Positions 1 to 10,560 of a DNA stretch of 64,000 nt are shown here, one piece after another; position 1 is the first letter of the stretch, and the number at the start of each line of letters is the position of its first letter. The notes under the pieces were generated by a model that had not been told where the DNA came from, searched no databases, and saw only the letters and a list, made by a program, of their open reading frames with translations. The position numbers were made by a program, and so were the translations under genes. The stretch comes from Octopus bimaculoides (lineage: Eukaryota): contig NC_068993.1 in NCBI RefSeq assembly GCF_001194135.2, positions 54,108,861 through 54,172,860 of the forward strand, read 5' to 3'.

Positions 1-318
1 CCGTTGCCAGTACCACCTGACTGGCTCCCGTAGGATTTTCGAGCGAGATCGTTGCCAGTGCCCCTGGACTGGTTTGTGCGGGTGGCACATAAAAGACACC
101 ATTTCGAGCGTGGCCGTTTTCGTGCGGGTGACACGTAAAAGCACCCACTACACTCTCTGAGTGGTTGGCGTTAGGAAGGGCATCCAGCTGTAGAAACTCT
201 GCCAAATTAGACTGGAGCCTGGTGTTGCCATCCGGTTTCACCAGTCCTCAGTCAAATCGTCCAACCCATGCTAGCATGGAAAGCGGACGTTAAACGATGA
301 TGATGATGATGATGATGA
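1..318 (+). mobile_element. SINE family A (RTE-like 3' end, (ATG)n tail), young copy
   Basis: ggttggcgttaggaagggcatccagc...ccaacccatgctagcatggaaagcggacgttaaacgatgatg; more than 15 copies in window. Confidence 0.85.
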
Positions 319-639
319 TTTTCTTCAATCATTAATCCAGCACTTTAATCTTTCAACAGAAAAGAGTACTTTAGTAAACAGAAGAATTACTTCAGGTTAC
401 ATTACAGTATGGCAATAATGTGTTGAGACACAGTGTCTGTGAAGCTATAGTACTGGATGCACATGATCATGAGTTCAAATCTTCATACCCTGATTGTGTT
501 GAATCCCCAGACAAAAAAAGATTCTTTTTGTTTCTCTTTGTGATCAGTTGTAAGAGGCTGTGTTCATTGCTTCTACAGAATGGTGAGATTGACGTAATTA
601 ATGTTTTTGAATAATTACAAGTTGACAGTTACAAGAAAA

Positions 640-990
640 TATGTGCAGGGAAGGATTCTAAAGGACTAACATTCAATGGTGAAGGACTGAATGTATTGGC
701 TATTGCAGGGCCTGTGAGGAAAAAACATTATATGGGTCACTAGAGGAGGAGACAAGTCAGGAGTGATTGAGTAGAAGTAAGAGGAGACTAACCAGCTTTG
801 AGGAGCAGAGGCCATTTTGAAAATATCAGGAAAGGCAGTGAGAGGAGACAGCACATTTGTGGGCTGGAGCCTGGAACATGTTGGCAAGCAACAGTTAGTC
901 AACGTAACCTCTTTTTTGTATGCCATGTAGTTACTCTCCCTTTCAATAGGCACCACTTCATAGTTAGCTGCAAGGACAGTCAGCTTTAAA
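640..990 (-). mobile_element. CR1/L2-like LINE 3' fragment
   Basis: Degenerate YFQNGLCSSKL segment, similar to the copy at 15.1-15.4 kb. Confidence 0.5.
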
Positions 991-1253
991 ACCATTTGCT
1001 GCAGCAATATTTAGCATTTCCCATGAAGCAGATTGCTCGAGACATGGATCATAATCAGGCCGGTCACACTACTAAAAAAATTCAAGGTAATTTTTCGTTG
1101 GCATGCCATTCTAGAAGTCTCGCAGGTCACAGTTATTTCATGACTGATGTATATATACAAATTTTCAAAAAAAAAGAAGACACCTGTCCTTTCTAACTTG
1201 AAAAAAGTAAATTGAAAACACAGTAAGAATTTCATTTTTGTTTTGTATTTTAG

Positions 1254-1464
1254 TACACAGAACAACCGGATATTGAAAAAGAAGTAAAACGACTTTTTAG
1301 GATGGATGCTGAAGCTATTGATGTGAAGTGGGAAGTCTTAACTGAAGAAGAGAAAACGCTCTCAGAGAGCAACAGTCAAAACCAAATTGTGGAGGCTAGT
1401 GGCACCGCAGTGCAAGCTGAAGACAACATCTATACTGCTGATTCCAGTATTAGTTTGGATATTG
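1254..1464 (+). CDS. TAF7: TAF7 internal coding exon (gene starts upstream of window)
   Basis: ttttgtattttag|TAC...ATTG|gtaaga. Translates YTEQPDIEKEVKRLFRMDAEAIDVKWEVLTEEE, matching the TAF7 signature YIESPDVEKEVKRLLSTDAEAVSTRWEII. Confidence 0.9.
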
Positions 1465-1834
1465 GTAAGAATTTTGTGATTCAATTGAAAATTAATGAGA
1501 TTGATAAGGCAGATGTCCAATTTGAACATGAGAAAGAAAACCTAGGATATAATAGAAGCAAGGAAGAATTGGGTGAATCTATTTAGTATGGATTCTTGTA
1601 ACATAATAGGGGTGCCAAGAGGAAGTGTGAAGTCTGTGTTAGGTAAAACTAGGTATTATATGCAGGTAAGTAGTGCAGAGGCTGTTGCCTTACTGTTATA
1701 AGAGGTAGAGAGAGGAAACGGTGCACCTGTAAGCGAAATGGCTGTAGTCTTTTAGTAGGTTAACCATTGCTAATGATTTGACTAGTCTTCTTTTAGATGT
1801 GTCAAGGATACTTGTGTGAATCTGTAGCACTGTC

Positions 1835-1872
<38 letters not shown>

Positions 1873-2565
1873 TTTACTTACAATAGGTCAGAATATGATC
1901 AGACTCAAAATATTTGCTAGCTTTGATAATGAAGTGTAGTCTTTGGGATGCTTTGACAATATCATATTATGTGGAAGATTACCAGAAATTGCAAGGCATA
2001 ATCTTTGAAGTTACTGTGAGGGTTTTAAAAATGGTTTTCTGCCATACTATTTCTTCGATAAGCACAACGTTTGTCTTCGTGTCATACAGAGAGACAAAAT
2101 TGTGATGCTCCTATGGAAGAATGTTTTTGTTCTTGTAGTGGAGGAGTTCGCATAGAGATGGTACTGTATGAGGAAAAGTCAAGGAGGACTAAAAAAAATG
2201 GTACCTTGTGCATAGTAAAACTTGTTAAAAGGGACAGAAGTAGATCATGAATGCACAGAAAGAAGTACAGGAGGCATCTCTAAACCTTGGAATATGTTTA
2301 ATCTTAAAGAGTAAAGGGGTAAAGATTATTTGCCAACATAAAGAGTAAAGATTATCAGGTTTGCCTTTCAGGGGTTGATATAATAAGTACAAGTTGTAAT
2401 TGACTAAGCCCCGCCCCCAAAATTTCTGGCCTTGTGCCAAAATTCGAAACCAATATTTACTTAGACCTAACAGAATCATCAGAGCTTCTGCGAAAACTCT
2501 GCATATTATTCATTCTGGCTCTTTTCACCATGGGTTCAAACCCCATGGGGGTCAACTTTTCATCT

Positions 2566-2783
2566 AAGGTGGTGAGCTGGCAGAATCATTAGCATGTCAG
2601 GCAAAAGGCTTAGTGGCATTTCGTCTATCTTTGCATTCTGAGTTCAAATTCCACCAAGCTCAACTTTGCCTTTCATCCTTTCGGGGTCAATAAAATAAGT
2701 ACCAGTTGAGCACTGGGGTCAATGTAATCGACTTACCCCCTCGCCTGGAATTGCTGGCCTTGTGCCAAAATTTGAAACCAATA
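2566..2783 (+). mobile_element. tRNA-derived SINE family B
   Basis: A box TGGCAGAATCATTAG, B box GAGTTCAAATTCC, then gcctttcatcctttcggggtc...ccttgtgccaaaatttgaaac. Confidence 0.85.
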
Positions 2784-3365
2784 TTCTGTAACAATCTTTT
2801 ATATTGTGAGTTTAAATCCTGACCGTGAACTTCATCTTTCATCCATCTGCAATCCATAAAAACACTGATGCTCTGAGACTGACAGTATTGTTCCCCTTAT
2901 GTTGATGTATCATAATACACTGGTGTAAGTTGGATGGCTGTCCATAAAAAAATACCTTTTATTACTTACTGTCATCATCTGATCTGTTAGCTTTCACCTT
3001 GGCCTACCCTTTCTCTACGACTCACTACTCCCAGCTCATAACGCCTCTTCACCTGACTTGTATCATTTCTCTTAAATGTTACTCAATCAGTAATTATGAT
3101 CTTGATGATGATAAAGTTCCTACTGCCTTTGAAATTGCATCTATTGTATCTGGAACGGGATAAAGTAGTAGCCCTAACTCCAATAACTCAATATTTTGTC
3201 TGTTAAGCATTTCATGTAATCAAATTACTGTTTTCACAAGGATATTAGTTTCTTTATGTACAACTTTATTTGGAAGTTTCAGTTTTGAATATACGAATAT
3301 GTTATTTTCTCAACATGGCATGTTTGCAATTTTAAGATCTGTTTATTTGTTTAATCTTTATTCAG

Positions 3366-3595
3366 AACAAGTTTTTGGTGAACTTAGCAGTTCCGATGAT
3401 GAAGACAAAGATGTAAACATAATGGACAGCGGTGAAGATGAAGCAGCAATTATGTCCAGAGGAGCAGAAGCTGCCCAGCAGCTTATTGATGGTCTGAGTC
3501 AGTCTGTCGGCAATGAGCAAGAATCTGTCTTACTTTCTACCAACGACACAGAAGGAGGATGTGACGATTTCTCTCTTCTGGACTTTACCAATTGA
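3366..3595 (+). CDS. TAF7: TAF7 apparent terminal coding exon
   Basis: ttcag acceptor; phase 1 joins the previous exon. EQVFGELSSSDDEDKDVNIMDSGEDE matches TAF7 EIFNDLSSSSEDEDE..DINIIDTEED. Ends TGA TAG. Confidence 0.82.
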
Positions 3596-5060
3596 TAGGT
3601 GAATGAAAAATTGTTTTGTCATATCAACAACGACATTAACCACTGACTATCATCCACAATTCATCTATGATGAAAGAACTGTGAAGACTTCATTCTTCAT
3701 ACTAGAACCATTTCCAGTATCTTTCAAACTATGTTCAGCTTTCATTTAGTGGAGACTATTTCTTGTAAATTTTGATTTATTTACAATACTTGTGGTAGCA
3801 TTCCAGCATGAATGCTTGAACCATGTAAATGATTAAATAATCAGATGAGTTGTCTTGATTGTTTTTGAAGTCAGATAATTTTAGTCTGGTTTTTCTTCAT
3901 GTCCAACACTTAGAGATGAACAGTCAATTACTTTTGTAATTGTTATAAAATAACAAGCAATCAATATTTAACATTGATAAAATAAGTACCAGTTGAACAC
4001 TAGGGTTGGTGTAATCAACTTACCTTGTGTTCCCCTTACCCCGAAATTGCTGGCCTTGTGCCAAAATTTGAAACTTTTATTTAACATTGATTTTTTAAAA
4101 ATCTTAATTTGTCTGTAACAAATTCAAAAATTCATATAAAAGATGTGCACCTATAAATTATTTTTTGTTATTTCATCCAGCTTTAGTATCTCATCTTCAG
4201 TTTTATTGCTCTGGTTTCATCATGCAACTTTTTTATAAAGAAAAAGAATGAAGCCTTATATAACCTTGTGATTATAAAGAAGAATTTTGTTTTCAGTTGA
4301 AATCTTCAACATTGTTTTAAGCTTAAATTTATTTATATAAGCATCACAATCTCTTTTTCTGTTCTATATTCCTATCTTTCAGTTTATCCCTAAACAAATT
4401 AACTTTTTGGGGACAAAACTAAATCAAAATCTACCACAGAACTTCATATGTTGGTTATGTTGCCTAATTCTCATTACAGAATATGTTACAGAGCTGTAGG
4501 AAAAGTTCTGCATCTGCAAGAACAGTCTAAATTGCAAAGAACTTGAGGTGATTATTCGATGTTGAAGGTGAAGTTCAATGTTTATAGAAAACATTTGGCA
4601 ACCAGACATGTTTCATGGTCAATATTCCGTCTCCTACTTGCACCAATAATTTGTCTTGTCATGAACTATGTTATTTCATGATTTGGTTGCATCTTAAATG
4701 TTACAATTCACTGAATGATTTACTTACTCTGGCATTTTTTGACCAGAACCAACTTCAGCTGACTCTCAAACCAGAAGTTATAGTTGGATTATCATCATCA
4801 CGGCACACGTTGTGCTCTTGTATACTTTTCCTTATTTATTTGCATTACACACACGTGCCTAAGCTGCAGCAAATATATATACACAGATATATCATTATCT
4901 TTTTAATGTCAACTTTTCCACACTTGCATGGGTCAGATAAAATTTCTTAAGGCAGATTTTCTATGGTTAGATACTTGACCTGTTTCCAAGCATGATAATA
5001 ATTCCTTATGGTCAGACATGTTTTTCATGGAAATGAACAACGTTGTTTATACGGGTTATA

Positions 5061-5280
5061 GGAAATTTCATTGTAAACATTTTTGCAGTAAGAAAATTCA
5101 CTGTAAAAAAAAATTAATTGCAAAAAAAGAAGAAGATCGGCTGTTTTCTTAAAATGGCAACTTCATCGACTATTTAAGAAAGGAAGTTTCTTTAAAATTA
5201 GTTATTGTGTTTACGGTCTGCTTGTGTGCTGTCTTTATGGCAAATTTTCCCACAACAAAAATGTTTACAGTGAATTTTCC
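5061..5280. mobile_element. Small MITE-like element with ~47-bp imperfect terminal inverted repeats
   Basis: ggaaatttcattgtaaacatttttg (5061) is the reverse complement of caaaaatgtttacagtgaattttcc (ends 5280). Confidence 0.55.
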
Positions 5281-6289
5281 AGACACTGTTTGTTTGAGGG
5301 CCGTGCTCATTTATAACCATTGTGTGATGTCAAGACAAGGGTACACACGCACATGCACAACCGGATTCTTTCAGTTACCATCTACAAATCCACTCACAAG
5401 ACGTTGGTTGGCCTGGGGCTAAATCAGAAGACACTTGCCCAAGGTGGCATACAGTAAGACTGAACTCAAGGTCACAATTTAAATAAATGTAAGATCATTG
5501 TAGTTATTGTGGATTTGTCCAACCCAAGCCACTATGAATAAAACATGAAAACAATATCGATAACACCATTAAAAACATTTCTTACTTCACATTGGGAATG
5601 TGAATAAATCAGCTGCCTTTTGCTTTTTGTTATTTATTTTGGTTTTTCCCAGAGAAAGGAGCTGTGTCCATTGGACCTTTACATGCCCTCCCATATGTAT
5701 GAGACCAATACAGTTAATGTTCCTGTTGAATAATTGCAAGTTGGTGACCGCGGTAAAAACATGTACAAGAAGTTTCAGATGGATAATGTCTGGGAATAGG
5801 GATTAGTGCAAAGTAGTGGTGACAGGGTTAACGAATCAACAATACTTGTGGAAGAGTGGAACAAGACCAGCCAGTTCCAATGAGCTTAGACCATGGCTGT
5901 AGTGATAGGAAAAAAGAGAGAGAGGTAATATTACTTCTATGGGTCAGAGGTTGGATTGTGTTGATGAGCAAGATCAGTGATGAACCAATCAGTGTAGGAT
6001 GTCTGTGACTAGCAGCAGCACTGTCCCAAATATGGGAGTAGGGCCCACACTTAAGACTCATAAAGGGTTTATAGTTATTGAGAGCTGAGATATGACCTCA
6101 GATATGAAACAGTACCAAATTTCTACTGTCCAATAATGTCTGTTAATTAAGATGGGCCACCAAAAGTGTCTCCATGTCTAAGTTCTGAGAAACTTTGCTA
6201 CCCCATTAAAGCAGTGTCATTACCAATGATATTAAAAAGCTTTATTTGGGAACCTAACCAGCATACTTTTTGAGGTTTTCATTCTAATT

Positions 6290-7260
6290 CTCTATTCAGT
6301 TCTAAATTCTTCAGTATGCTGTTTTTGGAGACATACAATTTTACAATCCTGCTGTCATCAAAGCAATATCTGCAGATTTACTTCCATATCTAGAATTTCT
6401 TATCTAACTCTATGACAGATTCCGCTGTAACAACTAAGTCATCAGCACATAAGAGTTCCCACAGACAGCTAATCTTAAAGTTTGGAGGATTGTGATATAC
6501 AGAAGTAAGATGAGGTTTAAGCACCGATGACCATCCCTCCCTCCATCTGGACACTATATTCAACACTGAACTCATTGCTGACTAATAGCTCTGTACATAA
6601 ATTGTATGGCTCTCACCATTTGTTTATGCCTAACTTTCTGAGTGATCCCTAAAACATGGAACTTTGTCAAAGGCTTTTACTAGGTTCACAAATACTAACT
6701 TTGGGGTTTATTCCCAGCTAAATACTTTGCCTGCAGTTGTCTTACTTGGAAAATGTTATTGAAGTATTTTTCCTTATACAAAGTCAATCTACATGTCATC
6801 TAGCTTAATATTCTTGCTAATAATTGAATATAAATCTTATCATAACTTTGTAACCTGGTCCAGCAGTTTGATACTTCTACGGTTACCTCTCTCTAGTATA
6901 TCTTCTTTTGCTCTTAAAGTAGTTAGTGATGCTGAATCTATACCAGTCATTGCATATAACACCTTCCTACACTTCTTGACCGACTGTACTCTACCAAGCC
7001 CTTTGAGCATTTCAATGCTAATTCGTGATGGACTAGATGCTTTCCTTGCTTTCATATCCTTAATTGCTTAATGTACCTACCTCACTGCTATCATTTAAAT
7101 GGCAGATCTCTGTTAGACCCTGTTTTTCTCAAACATTCTCTTCATTCAACAATCTCTTGTAATAACACTTCCATGCTTCTTTCTTTTCAGGATCAGTAAC
7201 GATAAGTGCACCCCCTCCCCTTTTTAGTAACCTTGTCCTACAATTTTCTGTCCTTCCTAA
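6290..7260 (-). mobile_element. Degenerate RTE-clade LINE reverse-transcriptase fragment
   Basis: Remnants KEDILERGNRRSIKLLDQV, VNLVKAFDKVP and WELLCADDLV, broken by stops. Confidence 0.85.
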
Positions 7261-7369
7261 TATTCACCAGTTGCTTTATTCTTTTATACGTTAAATATAT
7301 TTTCTGTTTCTTCAATTAAACTATTTTTTAGATATTTACCATTTTATATTAGCACTATCTCAAATCTGC

Positions 7370-7572
7370 CACATAAAAAGCACTCGTGCAGGTGCCACGT
7401 AAAAGCACTCGTGTCAATGGCACATTAAAAGCACCCAGTACACACTGTAAAATGGTTGGCATTAGGAAAGGCAGCCAGCCACGTAAATCAAAACCAAAAC
7501 TATGGAACCTGGTGCAGCTTTCCAGCCCTAGTCAAACCGTCCAAGCCATACCTGCATGGAGAACAGATGATG
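7370..7572 (+). mobile_element. SINE family A
   Basis: Same consensus blocks. Confidence 0.75.
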
Positions 7573-8215
7573 TTTATCCTTCAACTTTTTAGCATAATTT
7601 GTTTTCATAATTTTGGGGGTTTTAACTTAGGTTTTACTACATCAAACATCACTCAGTGGAAACAGGAAATCCTTGTCATTTCCCGAGGATAATACAAATC
7701 GAAAAGTTTTAACAGGAAAGTATTTTTGTAGCTTGTCTAAAGATTACAGTATAAAAAAAATTATTAATTTGTGATAAAATTCGATAATCAGCTATCAGTG
7801 GTGTTATTGTATTCTTTTCCTTTTTTTTTTTTTGCAATCGAGTTTATTATGATTAGTCTTGGATCAAATTTTTTACAAGTTTTGTTTCTAGTTGGTTTGG
7901 ATCAACATTACAAATATAGTCTGAACAAAATATATAATTAATAATCATGTGAAAATAACCATAAGGCAAGTAATTAAATAATTTGATCATATGGTTCCAC
8001 AGCCTATAACTCTTATTAGTAAATAAACCAATTTTAAAATTTGAATGTGAAGCGTGAGACATTCTAATACTAAGTAGGAAGTCAAATACACTTAAGCTAA
8101 AACAATGTAAATGAAAAGTAATTTGTGTTCTAGAAGAGGAAGGAAATAAAAGTAACCAATGAAATGGACGCTCTCAAAGGTAGCTGGGAGAACTTTCAGT
8201 CAGTAGAGTGGCAAA

Positions 8216-8279
8216 GGCGGGGGACGAGATGATACAGTTTCGCGCCGTTTTCATTCAAACTTTTTTTTCTTCTATAAAA
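8216..8279. promoter_or_regulatory. Motif cluster: GC box, E2F site, CHR-like hexamer, TATA-like
   Basis: GGCGGGG 8216, TTTCGCGC 8238-8245, TTCAAA (reverse TTTGAA) 8254-8259, TATAAAA 8273-8279. Confidence 0.4.
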
Positions 8280-8676
8280 TTAAGAACTTGAGGAAGTTCC
8301 TCATATCATTATTATTAGAAACATAAACAGTATGTTTTAGCTACTTTATTCGTTATTTATTATAAGAATATAATACATTTTAAGGTTATCGACGCTTACA
8401 AATTCCTACCGATCTTAATATGTATTTAATTTAAACCCTGTTATAAATGACATATTCACCTTACATTAAATCTAATCTAAATGAGTGCTTTAAAATAAAA
8501 TGCTTTCGAATCAATAATTGTGTGTATTACAGTTTCCCTTCCTTAGCATTGGTAAATTTACTTTCTGTTAAGTCCTCTCACTAATATTTTTAGCGAGTCT
8601 TACGGACAACCTAAGAGATTTCCTTTCAATACAGTTATTACTATTACGGACTAATGATCTTGTCTTTAATTTGCAG

Positions 8677-8874
8677 GTTAGACTTGTCTTCTTTCCCTCC
8701 CATTTAATAATTACACTAGCCCCTACTACCGTTGCCCGCGCCTCCTTCACAACATTCATCTCACACTATCCCCCTGCCACACATTTTCGCTCGTTAAAAT
8801 TTACCACCATTATCACCATCAACAACATAAATCTTCGCCGTCAACTCCTCTCACTTCGTGGCCGAGTTTTCAAG
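8677..8874 (+). other. Candidate non-coding 5' exon of PDS5
   Basis: C-rich, contains no ATG, ends in strong donor CAAG|GTAAGA and is preceded by acceptor-like tttgcag. The PDS5 ATG exon has its own acceptor, so an upstream UTR exon must exist. Confidence 0.4.
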
Positions 8875-9597
8875 GTAAGAAACTATACAACCACCACCAC
8901 CTCCACTACAGCCTAATAAAAATGGCAACAACGAATACATAAATAAATGCTGAAGTGCATTTATCTTCGCCATTGCAAAAATCTACTTTATTACAATCCA
9001 TTTCTCATCAAAAACAACCATCACACCGTCTATCACTTCATCGTTCTTGTTAATCTAATTTGATCATTACATATTTAATACATGACTGTTCTAGCATAAT
9101 AAGATTAACGAAACATTTTTTGTCATTATTATAATTGGTTATGAGATAGTATTTTCTCCCCGTTAATCTGTCGAGCGAAATTACTACCATTTGGTGACAA
9201 TACACTACTGTATGAAGTCTATATATATATATATATACAAATAATATATATATAAACTCGCCTCACTGTATCTATGGTCTTCTGATGCGAACTAATTGAT
9301 GTATGGTATGGTATATGTTATGAAGAACATTAGATTTCGTAATCTCTTATTGAAAGAATGTACCTGTTTTGGGTTTTTTTTTTTTACTAAGTAACAAATA
9401 TAACAGCTGAAGTGAATCCTTAAATAATCGGTAATCTATCGACGTTAGATACTTTAGAACCTGTATTTATTTTGAGATGTAGCTATCACAAACAAAATAC
9501 GAAAATATTCAAAATATGGAAATTTTCAATATCTTTTTATCGATAAATATTTAAAATTACTTGCATTCAACTTTTTAAAATGAAAACTACATTTTAT

Positions 9598-10505
9598 GAA
9601 AGACTTCGATCTAAATTACTATGTTTAGCAGCTATTGCATAGTCTTTTCATTGATTATATTAATTCTTTATCGGTTATATTTTGTAAATAAAACTCTAAA
9701 GCACTTCGTTGCCATTCCATTTGTTATGGTGTTTTTGTGCTTGAATTTCGTTTTTTTTCGTATTACCTCCCTTGTACTCGTAACTCTTTTGCCGACGAAT
9801 GAATGTTACTAACGAAGAAGCTGGTTTCTTCCTCCTTTTCCTTTCACCTTCACACAAACATAAAGAAACTTCCTCCCCCTCCAACACTGGTCCGTTGTCA
9901 TCGTTTGAAACCCCCCTCCCCTCCGCAATCTTGCACGAATGCGACTTGACAGGATTTGTTGCTGTCTCTGTCAGAGCAACTGAAATGAAAATCGTACATA
10001 ATTTCTGTGTTTTCATATCTATGTCTAAATTTAATGTGAGTGTGTGTCCAGAGCTGTAGAAAGACTTCGATCTAAATTACTATGTTTAGCAGCTATTGCA
10101 TAGTCTTTTCATTGATTATATTAATTTTTTCGGTTATATTTTGTAAATAAAATTCTTAAGCACTTCGTTGCCATTCCATTTGTTATGGTATTTTTGTGCT
10201 TGAATTTCGTTTTTTTTTTTTTCGTATTACCTCCCTTGTGCTCGTAACTCTTTTGCCGTCGAATGAATGTTACTAACGAAGAAGCTGGTTCCTTCCTCCT
10301 CCTGCTTTTTCTCCTCCTCCTCCTCCTTTCACATAAAGAAACTTCCTCCNNNNNNNNNNTCCCCATCGCAATCTTGCAGGAATGCGACTTGACAGGATTT
10401 GTTGCTGTCTCTGTCAGAGCAACTGAAATGAAAATCGTACATAATTTCTGTGTGTTTTCATATTTATGTCTGAATTTCATGTGAGTGTGTGTGTCCAGAG
10501 CTGTA
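9598..10505. repeat. Tandem duplication of a ~461-bp unit (9598-10058; 10059-10505)
   Basis: Both copies start gaaagacttcgatctaaattac and end gtccagagctgta. There are several substitutions and indels, and a 10-N gap in copy 2. Confidence 0.93.
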
Positions 10506-10549
10506 ATTGTCGATCAATTGCTCTTCTTTCTGTGTTTCCAACATTGTCC

Positions 10550-10560
10550 AATATGGCGGC
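10550..10560 (+). promoter_or_regulatory. YY1-type motif AATATGGCGGC
   Basis: Matches AANATGGCGGC. ETS cores CGGAAGT are nearby at 10912 and 11491, in a CpG-retaining region. Confidence 0.45.

Noticed and set aside
1005-1086. Exon-like segment QYLAFPMKQIARDMDHNQAGHTTKKIQ with AG/GT ends upstream of the TAF7 exon
   Set aside because: It does not resemble the expected TAF7 HGITxPLKNVRKRRFRK block. Its phase does not fit the better-supported acceptor at 1253.
5977-6090. Possible C/D-box snoRNA (GTGATGA...CTGA)
   Set aside because: Only a 3-bp terminal stem, no recognisable rRNA complement, and in degenerate-repeat context.
7853-7925. VDPNQLETKLVKNL resembles a GidA/MTO1 stretch
   Set aside because: The following AGQING motif is absent and a stop follows immediately; chance similarity.
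9696-10480. 106-aa and 119-aa minus-strand ORFs in the tandem duplication
   Set aside because: No recognisable domain, the indel-rich middle differs between the two copies, and they run through a splice-donor-like site into poly-A tracts; more likely non-coding.
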